From a virus (taxonomy: Duplodnaviria > Caudoviricetes): 36,355 nt of DNA. Shown here piece by piece: positions 17,551-27,519 of the stretch. Within the stretch, counting starts at the first letter, position 1. Each line of letters opens with the position of its first letter. The position numbers were made by a program, and so were the translations under genes. The DNA lies in IMG/VR virus record IMGVR_UViG_3300031990_000008, positions 1-36,355 of that record. The stretch is one strand, 5' to 3'. The notes beneath the pieces are model-generated. The model saw only the letters and a list, made by a program, of their open reading frames with translations. It was not told the origin of the DNA and ran no database searches.

Positions 17551-19566
17551 ATGGCAACCATCCCCATGGGCAACTTCGGCAATACGGTCGTTCAGCCTGG
17601 CCCGGCTCAGCGGGTGTTCGGCGCTCAGGCGGGGCAGATCACGGGTCGCGCCACGGCTGAACTCGGTCAGACCATCCAGCAGGTTGGGCTGCAGGAGATG
17701 CAGCACCAGACGCGTGTGGGAATCGAGGCCTATGAGCGCGAGGCCCAGACCACCGCCGCCCGCGTTCGCATCACCAAGCAGAACGAAATTGACGAGGCCG
17801 CCGACACCCTTGCGGCCGACATCAAGGCAGGGCGCGTGGCCAAGGACAAGGCCGACGAGGAATGGCAGAGCCGCCGCGCCGCCGTGCTCGATGGCGCCTT
17901 TGATGGCCTGGATGAGCGGTACAGGGGGAAGGTGCAGACCGAGCTGGAAGGCCTGGGCCAGATCAAGGGGCGCGTCGTTCGCGATGCTGTCACGCTGCGA
18001 GACCAGGGCGACACGCGCGCCAACATCCTGAGTCTTGGCGAGGAATACCAGCGCCGCGCCATCAAGGACCGCCCTGGCGCGCTCGCCGAGTACGAGACGC
18101 TGCTCGACAACCTGGGGCCGGCTGCAGGCTACGGACCCGACGACATCGCCAAGCAGAAGCAAGGCTTTCGAGAGAACACGGCATTCACCCAGGCCTTCTC
18201 GCTGGTGCGCGGCTCGTCCGGTTCGGTTGCCGAGGTGCGCAAAGCTCGTGAGGCCCTGGCCGGCGATGCCTTCGCCGACGTTGACCCTCAGCGCCGAGCC
18301 GCCCTGGATGCCCAGCTCGACGGGTACGAGACCAACCTGCTTCAGCGCCAAGCCATTGCCGAGCAGCGTGCAGCCGCCAAGGCCGAGGCGCACCTAAACC
18401 GGGCGCGGGCTGCGTTCGAATCCTCCCAGGCTCGCACCGACGCCGGCATCCCGGACAGCGATGAACAGGTGGCCATCACCACGCAGGCCCTGGCCGGCAC
18501 GCCTTTCCTCGACACCTACCGCGCGCTTCAGGCGCAAGCCCGGGAGGTCGGCGGGGCGGGCGCCCAGCCTATCGCCGTGCAACAGGCCCAGCTCGACCAG
18601 GTCAATGCCCAGATCGCCCAGCGTGGCGCCAGTGACGCGCTCATCAAGCGCCGCGACTCACTGCAGCGTGTGCTGGATGCATCGCAGCGCGACTACAAGG
18701 ACGACGCCCTGCGCGCCGGCCTGCAGCGTGGTGTCATTGACGCCCTGCCGCCCATCGACATCAGCAGCATGGATTCGGCCATCCGGACGGTCGGCCAGCG
18801 CCTGCAAGCCGCCCAGATCGTGCAGACCCGCGCCGGACGTCCAGTCTCGCCACTGACGAACGACGAGGCCGAGACCCTGGGCAGCACCATCAACGCTTTG
18901 CCGGTGCAGCAGCGCGCCACCGCCCTGGCCACCCTGGGGCGCAGCATCGGCCCCCAGGCCGCCGCAGGCCTGGCCGCCCAGATCGACAAGAAGGACAAGG
19001 CGCTTGCCCTGGCCCTGCAGTTCGGCACTGCCTCCACCACCGAAGGCCGGACGACCGCCGAAATCATCCTGCGCGGGCAACAGGCCCTGAAGGACAAGAC
19101 CGTCAAGCCCGAAACCCCCGCCGTTGACGGCTGGAAGGCAAAGATTGCCATGGAGGTGGATGGCGTCTACCGCAACCAGAAGCAGGCTGACGACGTCAAG
19201 GAAGCTGCCTTCCTCATCATGTCCGGCCTGCAGTCCGAGGGAACGGGCAACGTCAAGCAGGCGGTGAACCTGGCGGCCGGTGGGCGCATCGTCGAGCGCA
19301 ACGGCGCCAAGATCCCGCTCCCGGCTGGCGTTGACGAGGATGCATTCGATGCCAAGCTGCGCAGCCTGACGTCATCCAACTTCGCCAACCAGGTGCAGGG
19401 CAACGAAGTGCGTGTCGGTGGCCAGCCGGTCCCGCTTGATGCATTCGTGCAGTCGCTGCCCGACGCCCAGCTCATCAACGCCGGCCGGGGCCGCTACAAC
19501 GTGCTGCACGGTGGCCGGGTGGTCACGAACGCTGCAGGCATGCCCATCACCATCACCGCGAAGTGA
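17551..19566 (+). CDS. Internal virion/ejection protein (gp15-like)
   Basis: 671 aa, helical Ala/Gln-rich, MATIPMGNFG start, syntenic position. Confidence 0.75.
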   Translation: MATIPMGNFGNTVVQPGPAQRVFGAQAGQITGRATAELGQTIQQVGLQEMQHQTRVGIEAYEREAQTTAARVRITKQNEIDEAADTLAADIKAGRVAKDKADEEWQSRRAAVLDGAFDGLDERYRGKVQTELEGLGQIKGRVVRDAVTLRDQGDTRANILSLGEEYQRRAIKDRPGALAEYETLLDNLGPAAGYGPDDIAKQKQGFRENTAFTQAFSLVRGSSGSVAEVRKAREALAGDAFADVDPQRRAALDAQLDGYETNLLQRQAIAEQRAAAKAEAHLNRARAAFESSQARTDAGIPDSDEQVAITTQALAGTPFLDTYRALQAQAREVGGAGAQPIAVQQAQLDQVNAQIAQRGASDALIKRRDSLQRVLDASQRDYKDDALRAGLQRGVIDALPPIDISSMDSAIRTVGQRLQAAQIVQTRAGRPVSPLTNDEAETLGSTINALPVQQRATALATLGRSIGPQAAAGLAAQIDKKDKALALALQFGTASTTEGRTTAEIILRGQQALKDKTVKPETPAVDGWKAKIAMEVDGVYRNQKQADDVKEAAFLIMSGLQSEGTGNVKQAVNLAAGGRIVERNGAKIPLPAGVDEDAFDAKLRSLTSSNFANQVQGNEVRVGGQPVPLDAFVQSLPDAQLINAGRGRYNVLHGGRVVTNAAGMPITITAK

Positions 19567-19572
19567 GGCCCC

Positions 19573-21504
19573 ATGCTTGACGACCTGTACCAGGCTGAAA
19601 CCGACGCGACCATCGCCGACCTTGTCCGCCGCCCACCAGCCCCACGCCCGCAGCCCGCCAAGTTCAGCGCCTGGAAGATGCTGACGGCCGCACCTCGCGG
19701 GGTGGGTGCCGGCGCGAACGAGACAGCCGGTGGCGTGGCCGACGTGCTGGGCGCCTTCGGGCAGGTCATGGGGGCAACTGACAACCGCGCGAGCATGTTC
19801 TCGCCCCAGACAGAGGAACAGCGCCGACAGGAGGAAGACGCGCGCAAGCGCATGCAGCAGGGCCTGGAGTTCGACGCGGGCGACCAGTTCCGCAGCGTGG
19901 CGCGCGAGTGGATGCCGGACCCGGCCACGGCGCACACGGCAGAGCAGACGGTTTTCGGGCTGGCCAGGTTCGGCACCAAGGCCGTCACTTCGGTGGCCCT
20001 GGCAGGCCCAGCCGTTGGTGCTGGCCTGGTCGGTCTGGACGAGGCATTGACCACCTCCGATGAACTCAAGCGCCAGGGCGTGGACGTCGGGACGCGCGCC
20101 CAAGTCGGCGCCGTGGCCGGCCTGACCTCAGCCCTCGGCGTTGCCCTGCCTGTCGCTGGCAAGACCGCTTTGCAGACGGCTGCCCTGGTTGCCGTGGGCG
20201 GCCCAGGCTCATTCGTGGCCCAGCAGGTGGCCACCAAGGAGATCCTGAAGGCCGCCGATTACTCGCAGCTCGCCGACCAGTACGACCCGCTCGACCCCGT
20301 GGGCCTGGCCGTGGCAACTCTGGTGCCGGCCGGCTTCGGCATGTGGGCGATGCGCGGCATGCGCAAGGGCGCGGCCAAGGTTGGCGAACCAGTAAGGAAT
20401 CCTGAACAGTTGCCGCCCGAGGCCATGCCCGTGCAGGATCGTGCATCCACCGAGCCAGCGCGGCCGCGCCACACGCCCGACCAGGTGGACGCCGCCCGGG
20501 TCGAGATGCTGACCCAGCATATGGAATCGTCCGGGCTGTACCGCCCCGAGGACGCCCGCGCCGCCGCCATGCACGTCGAGGCCTTCGCGCGCGCTGTCGA
20601 TGATCTGGGCGCTGGCCGACGCGTCGATGTCACCGACCTGGTGCCCGCCGAACGCATCGAGGTGGCCAAGGCCCTAGACACCTTCGTCACCCGCCTGGAT
20701 GAAGGCCGCGCTGACCTCATGGCCCAGGCTGCCATGCGCGCCGAGCCGGGCGCCGTGCGCGCGCTGCAGTCCGAGCTGGCCGACGCCCAGGCCCGGCTGG
20801 TTGAGCTCGAAGACCCGGCCGCCATCAAGACCAGGGCGGGGGAGATTCAGCAGGCCGGCCGCGTCAGCTACAAGCAGGCGCTCGCCCAGGCCAAGAAGGA
20901 ATTCAGCGCCCAGGCCGACGACGTGCGCGCCCGCGTAGCCCGCGTCGAGGGCATGCTCGAAGACAACGCCACCGGCCAGCAGGCGAACGACGCCCTGAAC
21001 CTGCTCGACCGCCAAGCCACGCAGGCCCGCCAGCAGCGCGCCAAGATCGACGCGCCCACTCTGCGCGAGACACCGGCCGCGCAAGCTGCCCGGGAGATGG
21101 CCACCACCCGACAGGAAGCACCAGCCAATGCCAAAGACGCACCGCAAGCAAGAGCAGACGCACCCGCAGATGGCGCGCGACAGCCGGGCCAGGCAGCCCA
21201 GCCGGCGCGAACGGATGCGCCAGGCACTGGCCCTGCAGGAGCGGCAGAGCAGGGGGGGGGAGTTTCCCGAGCCGGAGGTGCCGACGCCGCGCCGGCATTG
21301 GTAGCCGCCCGCCTGGCCGAGGTGTCTCAGCAGTTCCCCGACCTGACCGTGCAGATGGATGGCATGGACGCGCCCATGAAGCTGTCGGACTTCCTGGAGC
21401 AGGTGCAGCGCGAGGCGATGGAAGGGACCGACATGGACCTTGGCGGCAAGGACGCGCCACTGATGCAGGTGGCCGCCTCCTGCTTCCTGCTCAACGGGGC
21501 CTGA
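19573..21504 (+). CDS. Internal virion/ejection protein
   Basis: 643 aa with hydrophobic Gly/Ala segments and coiled coil; ends AASCFL. Confidence 0.72.
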   Translation: MLDDLYQAETDATIADLVRRPPAPRPQPAKFSAWKMLTAAPRGVGAGANETAGGVADVLGAFGQVMGATDNRASMFSPQTEEQRRQEEDARKRMQQGLEFDAGDQFRSVAREWMPDPATAHTAEQTVFGLARFGTKAVTSVALAGPAVGAGLVGLDEALTTSDELKRQGVDVGTRAQVGAVAGLTSALGVALPVAGKTALQTAALVAVGGPGSFVAQQVATKEILKAADYSQLADQYDPLDPVGLAVATLVPAGFGMWAMRGMRKGAAKVGEPVRNPEQLPPEAMPVQDRASTEPARPRHTPDQVDAARVEMLTQHMESSGLYRPEDARAAAMHVEAFARAVDDLGAGRRVDVTDLVPAERIEVAKALDTFVTRLDEGRADLMAQAAMRAEPGAVRALQSELADAQARLVELEDPAAIKTRAGEIQQAGRVSYKQALAQAKKEFSAQADDVRARVARVEGMLEDNATGQQANDALNLLDRQATQARQQRAKIDAPTLRETPAAQAAREMATTRQEAPANAKDAPQARADAPADGARQPGQAAQPARTDAPGTGPAGAAEQGGGVSRAGGADAAPALVAARLAEVSQQFPDLTVQMDGMDAPMKLSDFLEQVQREAMEGTDMDLGGKDAPLMQVAASCFLLNGA

Positions 21505-21738
21505 TCAACCCCCGGACAAGGCCCGCCATACGGTCTGGAAACCGTGCTCCGAGATAGCCATGATGAAGCCGAAGCCCCCGACCACCAGAACCATGGTGCC
21601 CATGATCTTGGCCCACGAAGCCCAGGCATGAAGCGCGCCGCGCCACGATCCTGTGCCGCCCCAGATCATCAGGGGGATGACGGATGACATGACGGCGATG
21701 GCGGCCAAGGTCTTGAGGGCGGTCCACAGGTTTTCCAC
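21505..21738 (-). CDS. Small two-TM membrane protein, antisense to the late operon (moron)
   Basis: 77 aa with two hydrophobic helices; fills the gap between two ejection genes. Confidence 0.7.
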   Translation of the reverse strand: MENLWTALKTLAAIAVMSSVIPLMIWGGTGSWRGALHAWASWAKIMGTMVLVVGGFGFIMAISEHGFQTVWRALSGG

Positions 21739-21755
21739 GCCCCGGAGGGTACACG

Positions 21756-24239
21756 ATGAACCCGAAATGCCGCCAGCAAATCAGTGCCGCCCGAGTGGCG
21801 GCAGGCGGAAAGGCCCTCACGGACGCCCAGGCCCGGGCCATCGATGACCGGATGCAGGCGACCATGCGGCGCCTTGCCCGCCAGGACCCGAACTGGCAGA
21901 GCTACCCGGCCGACCAGCGCATCCTGCTGGCCGCCCAGCAAGCCGCCCAGGACATCGCCGATGAGGCCGCACGCAAGGTGGCCAATGCCCAGCGCCAGGC
22001 GCTCAAGACAGCCGAGATGGAGCAGCGCGTGCAGGCCTACATGCAGCGCCAGGGCAGCGGCCGCACCAAGGCCCTGGTCGAAGACATGGCGTTGACCAAT
22101 GCCTATGTCGATGGCATCAAGCGCGACAACGCCAGGCAGCTCATGGACCTCATCGACGCGGCCGACAACCAGCAAGGCGCCAGCGCGGTACGGCGCTTGG
22201 GCATGGTGCTGTTCGACGTGCAGAACCCCATCATGACGCGCGATCTGGCGCTCGAAGTCTTCGCCCAGGGCAAGGCCGGCACCGGCAACGCCGAGGCCAA
22301 GGCAGGCGCCGATGCCTGGCTCAAGGTCACGGAAGGCATGCGCCAGCGCTTCAACGCGGCGGGCGGCGACGTGGGGCGCCTGGATTACGGCTATCTGCCC
22401 CAGGCGCACGACCAGGCCCGGGTGCTGGCCAAGGGCCGCGACGCCTGGGCGGCTGAGGTGCTGCCGATGCTGGATCGCTCCCGCTACGTGGACGATGCCG
22501 GCGCCCGCCTGCCCGACGCCCAGGTGCTCGACATCTTGCGCGGCGCCTGGGAAACCATCAGCAGTGATGGCTCCAACAAGACCGCTCCTGGCGCGGCGCG
22601 CGGCACTGGCGCCCGGGCGAACCGTGGCAGCCAGTCCCGTGAGATCCACTTCCGCGATGGGCAGGCCTACCTGCAGTACCTGGGCGAGTTCGGCACGGGC
22701 TCCATGTACGACGCGATGATGGGGCACCTGGGCGGTCTGGCACGTGACGTTGGATTGGTCGAACGGTACGGGCCGAACCCAGAAAGCCAGTTCAAGTTGC
22801 AGAACGACCTGGCCGACCGGTCAGACGGTGGACCAAAGCGGGTGTTTGGCAACCGAGCCGACGCCTATTGGCGCATTCTCAGCGGCGCCAGCAGCGCACC
22901 CATGTCCGCACAGATCGCCCAGATTGGCACGCATGTTCGCAACATCGAGACGTTTGGCAAGCTGCAAGGCGCCGTGCTTTCGTCCGTCACCGACCTTGGC
23001 ACCTACTTCGTCACCACGGGCTTCAACAACCTGTCCTACTGGGACGCCGTCAAGAACCTGGGCGCGGCGGTAACGCCCGACACAAAAGCCTTCCTGAACA
23101 CCCACGGCATGATCGCCGAGTCGATGATCTCCGACCTGTCGCGCTGGACAGGCGAGAACATCGCGCAGACTTGGTCCGGCCGGCTGTCCAACTCCACCAT
23201 GCGCCTGTCGCTCATGAACGCCTGGACCGACACCCTGCGCCGTGCGTTCAGCCTGACCATGATGGAAGGCATGGGCCGCCTGCGCTCTACGGACTGGGGA
23301 GACCTCACGGCCTACGACCGATGGCGCATGGAGTCCAAGGGTCTGACGGATGCCGACTGGCAGCTCATCCAGCAGGCGCAGCCGGTGGTGCACCGTGGCG
23401 CCGAGCACATCACCCCGGATGCCATCTACGCGACGGGCGACCCGCGTGCCGGTGAGGTGGTGGCCAAGTTCCTTGGTCTGATCGCCGATGAGTCGGAGGT
23501 GGCCATCCTGAACCCGGACATGGCCACGCGCGCCATCGTGACAGCTGGTGGGCGCCAGCGCGGCTCCATCGATGGCGAACTCTGGCGGTCCGTGGCGCAG
23601 TTCAAGTCCTTCCCGATCGCCATGGTGTCGCGCCACTGGCGCCGGATGATGGAGACGCCGCAAGGCCTGGAAGGCGCGCCGATGACTGCCAACCGCTTGG
23701 CCTACGCTGGCGCGTTGATGGTCAGCCTGACTGCCTTGGGCGCTGTGGCCTTCCAGACCAAACAGCTTGTCAGCGGCAAGGACCCGGTCGACATGACCAC
23801 GCCCAAGTTTTGGACCCGCGCTCTGGCCCAAGGCGGCGGACTCGGGTTCATGGGCGACATGCTGCTGCAAGACACCAGCGAGGACCGCAGTCCCTTGGAC
23901 ACGTTCGGGCGCACTTGGCTGGGCCCTGCCTTCGGCAGCGCGGCCGATATCTACGAGCTGACCAAGGGAAACTTCGACGAGTGGAATGCAGGCAAGGACA
24001 CGCACGCTGGCGCCGAGGCGCTGCGCTTCGCACGCGGGCACCTGCCGCTGGTCAACCTCTGGTATGCCAAGGCGGCACTGGATCACATGGGCCTGTTCGC
24101 CCTGCAGGAGAGCCTGAGCCCAGGCTTCATGGGGCGCATGCAGGGCAAGGCCCGGAAGGAATGGGGCCAGGACTACTGGATCGACCCGGACAGCGGCGAC
24201 GTGCGCGCGCCCGACTTCTCGGCCATCGCGGGGAATTGA
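21756..24239 (+). CDS. Large internal virion/ejection protein (gp16-like)
   Basis: 827 aa; YGYLPQAHD, QFKSFPIAM, QGGGLGFMGD, NLWYAKAA; GGAGG RBS. Confidence 0.8.
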   Translation: MNPKCRQQISAARVAAGGKALTDAQARAIDDRMQATMRRLARQDPNWQSYPADQRILLAAQQAAQDIADEAARKVANAQRQALKTAEMEQRVQAYMQRQGSGRTKALVEDMALTNAYVDGIKRDNARQLMDLIDAADNQQGASAVRRLGMVLFDVQNPIMTRDLALEVFAQGKAGTGNAEAKAGADAWLKVTEGMRQRFNAAGGDVGRLDYGYLPQAHDQARVLAKGRDAWAAEVLPMLDRSRYVDDAGARLPDAQVLDILRGAWETISSDGSNKTAPGAARGTGARANRGSQSREIHFRDGQAYLQYLGEFGTGSMYDAMMGHLGGLARDVGLVERYGPNPESQFKLQNDLADRSDGGPKRVFGNRADAYWRILSGASSAPMSAQIAQIGTHVRNIETFGKLQGAVLSSVTDLGTYFVTTGFNNLSYWDAVKNLGAAVTPDTKAFLNTHGMIAESMISDLSRWTGENIAQTWSGRLSNSTMRLSLMNAWTDTLRRAFSLTMMEGMGRLRSTDWGDLTAYDRWRMESKGLTDADWQLIQQAQPVVHRGAEHITPDAIYATGDPRAGEVVAKFLGLIADESEVAILNPDMATRAIVTAGGRQRGSIDGELWRSVAQFKSFPIAMVSRHWRRMMETPQGLEGAPMTANRLAYAGALMVSLTALGAVAFQTKQLVSGKDPVDMTTPKFWTRALAQGGGLGFMGDMLLQDTSEDRSPLDTFGRTWLGPAFGSAADIYELTKGNFDEWNAGKDTHAGAEALRFARGHLPLVNLWYAKAALDHMGLFALQESLSPGFMGRMQGKARKEWGQDYWIDPDSGDVRAPDFSAIAGN

Positions 24240-24240
24240 C

Positions 24241-24633
24241 ATGCGGCAAGACCAATTCGAACGACTGCAGGCGCTGGGCGAAAAGCTCATGGACGTGTTC
24301 CTTGACGAGGCCGATCCCAGCAGTTGGCCAGGGCAGGGCCTGAAGATCGGCGCCATGGACTCGCAGACACGCGGCGACCTGTACTGGGTCCGCAAGACGG
24401 CGGCGAGCGCCGGCATGCTCTACACCCGGGTGATGTCCATGGTGGGCCAGGTGCAGATGGCAGGCGCCGGCACCACGCCGCCCGCACAGGGTGACGACAC
24501 GCCAGAGCCCGCCGAGACGCAGCTTGATGCCGAGCTGGCGGCGGCCGAGAAGGAAGCCCAGAAGCTGATGCGCGATCTCCAGAACGGGGCAGGCAAGGCG
24601 GCATTCGACAAGCGCGTGCATGGAAAGCCGTGA
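24241..24633 (+). CDS. Putative terminase small subunit
   Basis: 130-aa helical protein overlapping the terL start; RGDLYWVRK. Confidence 0.65.
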   Translation: MRQDQFERLQALGEKLMDVFLDEADPSSWPGQGLKIGAMDSQTRGDLYWVRKTAASAGMLYTRVMSMVGQVQMAGAGTTPPAQGDDTPEPAETQLDAELAAAEKEAQKLMRDLQNGAGKAAFDKRVHGKP

Positions 24634-26266
24634 CGTCACCTTTCTGACCTTCTTCATCATGTGGGCCCGGTTGCAGGGCTGGAAGGTTCCTCTGCTGCAC
24701 GTGCGCATCTGCGTGTGGCTGGAGACTTGCATCGATCCCGAACGCGTGCTGATGGTCTTCCGTGGCGCAGCCAAGTCAACCATCTACGCCGTCTACAAGG
24801 CCTGGAAGCTGTACCGCAACAGGCACCACCGGTCCCTGGTCTGGTCGGCTGACAACGACACGGCCGGCATGCTGACGGCTGACACCATCAACGTTTTGCG
24901 CAATCACCCCCTGACCCAGGGCATGCTGCCGAGCAAGCCAGGTTCGAAGCGCTTCTGGGTGGTGGGGGCACGCGATGCCCGCAACGCCAGCATGCGTGCC
25001 GTTGGCGTGACTTCGAATGCCACCGGGGCCCGCGCCGACGCCGTGGACTTCGACGACATCGAGGTGCCAGGCAACATCGAGACGCCCGAGGCCCGGCTCA
25101 AGTTGCGCCAGCGCATCAGCGAATCGACCCACATCGCGGTTCCAGGCGCCCAGAAAACGTACATCGGCACGCCACACGCCCATGACTCGATCTACCCCGA
25201 GCGCATCGAGGCCGGCGCTGCGTTGCTGAAGATTCCCCTGTTCGAGCACGCCAAGCGTTGGCGGGGTCCGCCCAAGGATGGGCGCTACCTGTTCCCGCAC
25301 CCGGTCGGAGAGGATGGCCTCTACGTCATGGTCGGCATCCACAAGCTGGCGCACATGGCGGTGGAGGGCCTTGACTACACCTGGGATGGCAAGGCCGTCG
25401 TCTTCAAGACGAAGACCGATGCCGTGGTCGATGTCTGCAGCATGTGCGCCTGGCCCGAACGCTTCAACCGCGATGAGGTGAAGCGGCGGCGAGAAGAAAC
25501 GCGCACCTTCAACGCCTGGGACAGCCAGTACATGCTCGAAGCCAAGCCCATCACCGACAGCCGCCTCGACCCTGACCGGCTCAAGCTCTACGACGTGGAG
25601 CCCCACTTCCGCACGCACAACGGCGAGTCCGTCATGTACCTGGGCAAGGCACGGATCGTGTCGGCGACCTGCCATTGGGATCCGTCTGGCGGGAAGGTCA
25701 CCAGTGACACCAGCTCCTTCAGCGTCATGTTCCAGGACGAGACTGGCCGGCCGTATTGGCACCGCGCCGCAGCCCTGATCGGTGAGGTGGCTGAACTCGA
25801 CGACAACGGCAGGGTCATCGGCGGTCAAGTCTGGCAGATCTGCGACCTGGTGGAGAAGCTAGGCCTGCCGCGCGTGACTGTCGAAACAAACGGCGTTGGC
25901 ACGCATGCGCCGGGTCTGCTGCGCGGTGCCCTCAAGGCCAGGCGCATCCGCTGCGGCGTGACAGACCAGCACAACAGCACGAACAAGGCACGCAAGATCC
26001 TGGGCGCATTCGATGCCCCGCTGTCGTCCGGCTACCTCTGGGCCCACGTGTCCGTGGCCGATGCTGTTGAAGAGCAGATGCGCAGCTGGAACCCGGAAGC
26101 CACCAAGCAGCCCGATGATCACCTCGACTCCGGTGCTGAGTGCCTGCTGCAGCAGCCCGTGAAGATCGGCCGAGGCCCGAAGGTCGGGAACCCAGCCCCA
26201 CACGAGCGCGACGATTGGCGCCCATCAGCGGGCACTTTTGAGGTTCAGGTCGACGAAGTGACTTGA
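24620..26266 (+). CDS. terL: Terminase large subunit
   Basis: Walker A FRGAAKST; TGARAD; Walker B VDFDDIE; YIGTPH; nuclease motifs WDPSGG, VETNG, DDHLD. Confidence 0.95.
   Translation: MESRDVTFLTFFIMWARLQGWKVPLLHVRICVWLETCIDPERVLMVFRGAAKSTIYAVYKAWKLYRNRHHRSLVWSADNDTAGMLTADTINVLRNHPLTQGMLPSKPGSKRFWVVGARDARNASMRAVGVTSNATGARADAVDFDDIEVPGNIETPEARLKLRQRISESTHIAVPGAQKTYIGTPHAHDSIYPERIEAGAALLKIPLFEHAKRWRGPPKDGRYLFPHPVGEDGLYVMVGIHKLAHMAVEGLDYTWDGKAVVFKTKTDAVVDVCSMCAWPERFNRDEVKRRREETRTFNAWDSQYMLEAKPITDSRLDPDRLKLYDVEPHFRTHNGESVMYLGKARIVSATCHWDPSGGKVTSDTSSFSVMFQDETGRPYWHRAAALIGEVAELDDNGRVIGGQVWQICDLVEKLGLPRVTVETNGVGTHAPGLLRGALKARRIRCGVTDQHNSTNKARKILGAFDAPLSSGYLWAHVSVADAVEEQMRSWNPEATKQPDDHLDSGAECLLQQPVKIGRGPKVGNPAPHERDDWRPSAGTFEVQVDEVT
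26182..26215 (+). promoter_or_regulatory. Late promoter motif, copy 3 (inside the terL 3' end, ahead of tail fibre and lysis genes)
   Basis: GGTCGGGAA-N20-ACGAT. Confidence 0.65.
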
Positions 26267-26295
26267 CCAAGGCCCGCGCAGCACGCGAGGCCAGC

Positions 26296-27519
26296 ATGCC
26301 CATCGGAGAACAGACGCCATTCAGCCCGCATACCGGCAACGGTGTTGCAACCGTCTTTGCATACTCGTTCGGTGTGCTTGCGGCTTACGACCTGAAAGTG
26401 CTGGTCGATGGCATAGAGGCCACAACTGGCTTCACGGTTTCGGGCATCGGAAGTCGGACGGGGGGCACCGTCACATTCGCTATCGCTCCTGCCGATGGTG
26501 TGGACATCCTGATCTTCAGGCAGGTGGTTCGCAGTCGGGACACCGATTACCAATACGGTGGCGATCTGCGCGATGAAGTGCTTGACGACGACTTCGACCG
26601 GATCTGGATGACGCTCCAAGAGGACAGCGAGCTGCTAACACGTGGAGTCCGTGTCCCAGTCGGCGAGTCTGTTTCAGAGCTTCCAGCCGCAGCCTCCCGC
26701 GTTGACAAGGTGCTGACCTTTGGTCCTGGCGGCGCAATTGTCTTGGTAGACATCGCAGCTTTCACGGGTGGCGGCATTGTCGAACTCGTCCCTGGCGATG
26801 GGTCCGTCACCATGGTCAAGCTCTCGGCGGAAGTCGCTAACCTTGTCAATGGCGCCCTGCAAAGGTCGGGCGGGACGATGGACGGCAAGATCATCCTGGA
26901 TGGCGATGCGACGTTGGCGTTGCATCCGACATCCAAGCAGCAGCTCGATGCCGGCCTCTTGCTTGTCTGCCCTCCTGGCTCCATCAAGCCGATGGCCAGG
27001 CTCACGGCACCGTCAGGATGGCTCCTGATCGATGGCAAAACCATTGGCAATGGTGCGTCTGGCGCAACAGCGCGGGCGAACTCCGATACCTGGCTGTTGT
27101 TTGAACAGGTCTGGGCTTTCCCTTCGGCGTCGGTTCCGATCTTCGATAGTGCTGGAGCGCCTTCTACTCGTGGAGTTTCGGCTGCTGCCGACTTCGCGGC
27201 GGGAAAGCGCTTGGCGTTGTTCACGCCAGATGGCGGCGCCTTCCTGCGGATGTGGACGCCTGGCCAGACCAAGGATGCCGGTCGCGCTGCTGGTTCTGAG
27301 CAGCTTGACGCTTTTCAGGGCCACGAGCATTCCCAGAACGTCACAGCCGTGACCTACCCACTTGACGGTGGCGGTCTTGGTCTTGGGACTGGGAACCACT
27401 ACGGCGAGACGTACAACGTCGTTGCCAAAGCTGGGTATGGAACCCCACGTATCGCCACAGAGACCCGTCCCTACAACTTGGCGATGCCTCATTTCATCTT
27501 CTTGGGAGTGGCGACATGA
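26296..27519 (+). CDS. Tail fibre (T7 gp17-like N-terminal anchor plus collar domain)
   Basis: GNGVATVFAYSF...TDYQ...LDDDFDRIW; collar PPGSIKP..APSGWLLIDG; GSEQLDAFQGHEH; ETRPYNLA. Confidence 0.92.
   Translation: MPIGEQTPFSPHTGNGVATVFAYSFGVLAAYDLKVLVDGIEATTGFTVSGIGSRTGGTVTFAIAPADGVDILIFRQVVRSRDTDYQYGGDLRDEVLDDDFDRIWMTLQEDSELLTRGVRVPVGESVSELPAAASRVDKVLTFGPGGAIVLVDIAAFTGGGIVELVPGDGSVTMVKLSAEVANLVNGALQRSGGTMDGKIILDGDATLALHPTSKQQLDAGLLLVCPPGSIKPMARLTAPSGWLLIDGKTIGNGASGATARANSDTWLLFEQVWAFPSASVPIFDSAGAPSTRGVSAAADFAAGKRLALFTPDGGAFLRMWTPGQTKDAGRAAGSEQLDAFQGHEHSQNVTAVTYPLDGGGLGLGTGNHYGETYNVVAKAGYGTPRIATETRPYNLAMPHFIFLGVAT

Noticed and set aside
21252-21260. G9 run as a phase-variation switch
   Set aside because: In frame within a Gly-rich linker; no evidence of slippage from a single sequence
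22821-24416. Long antisense ORFs (also 2034-3254, 4612-5628, 12414-13583, 17248-18393, 21669-22727, 24776-25828, 31737-32699)
   Set aside because: Typical high-GC antisense shadows of well-supported genes; no recognisable motifs
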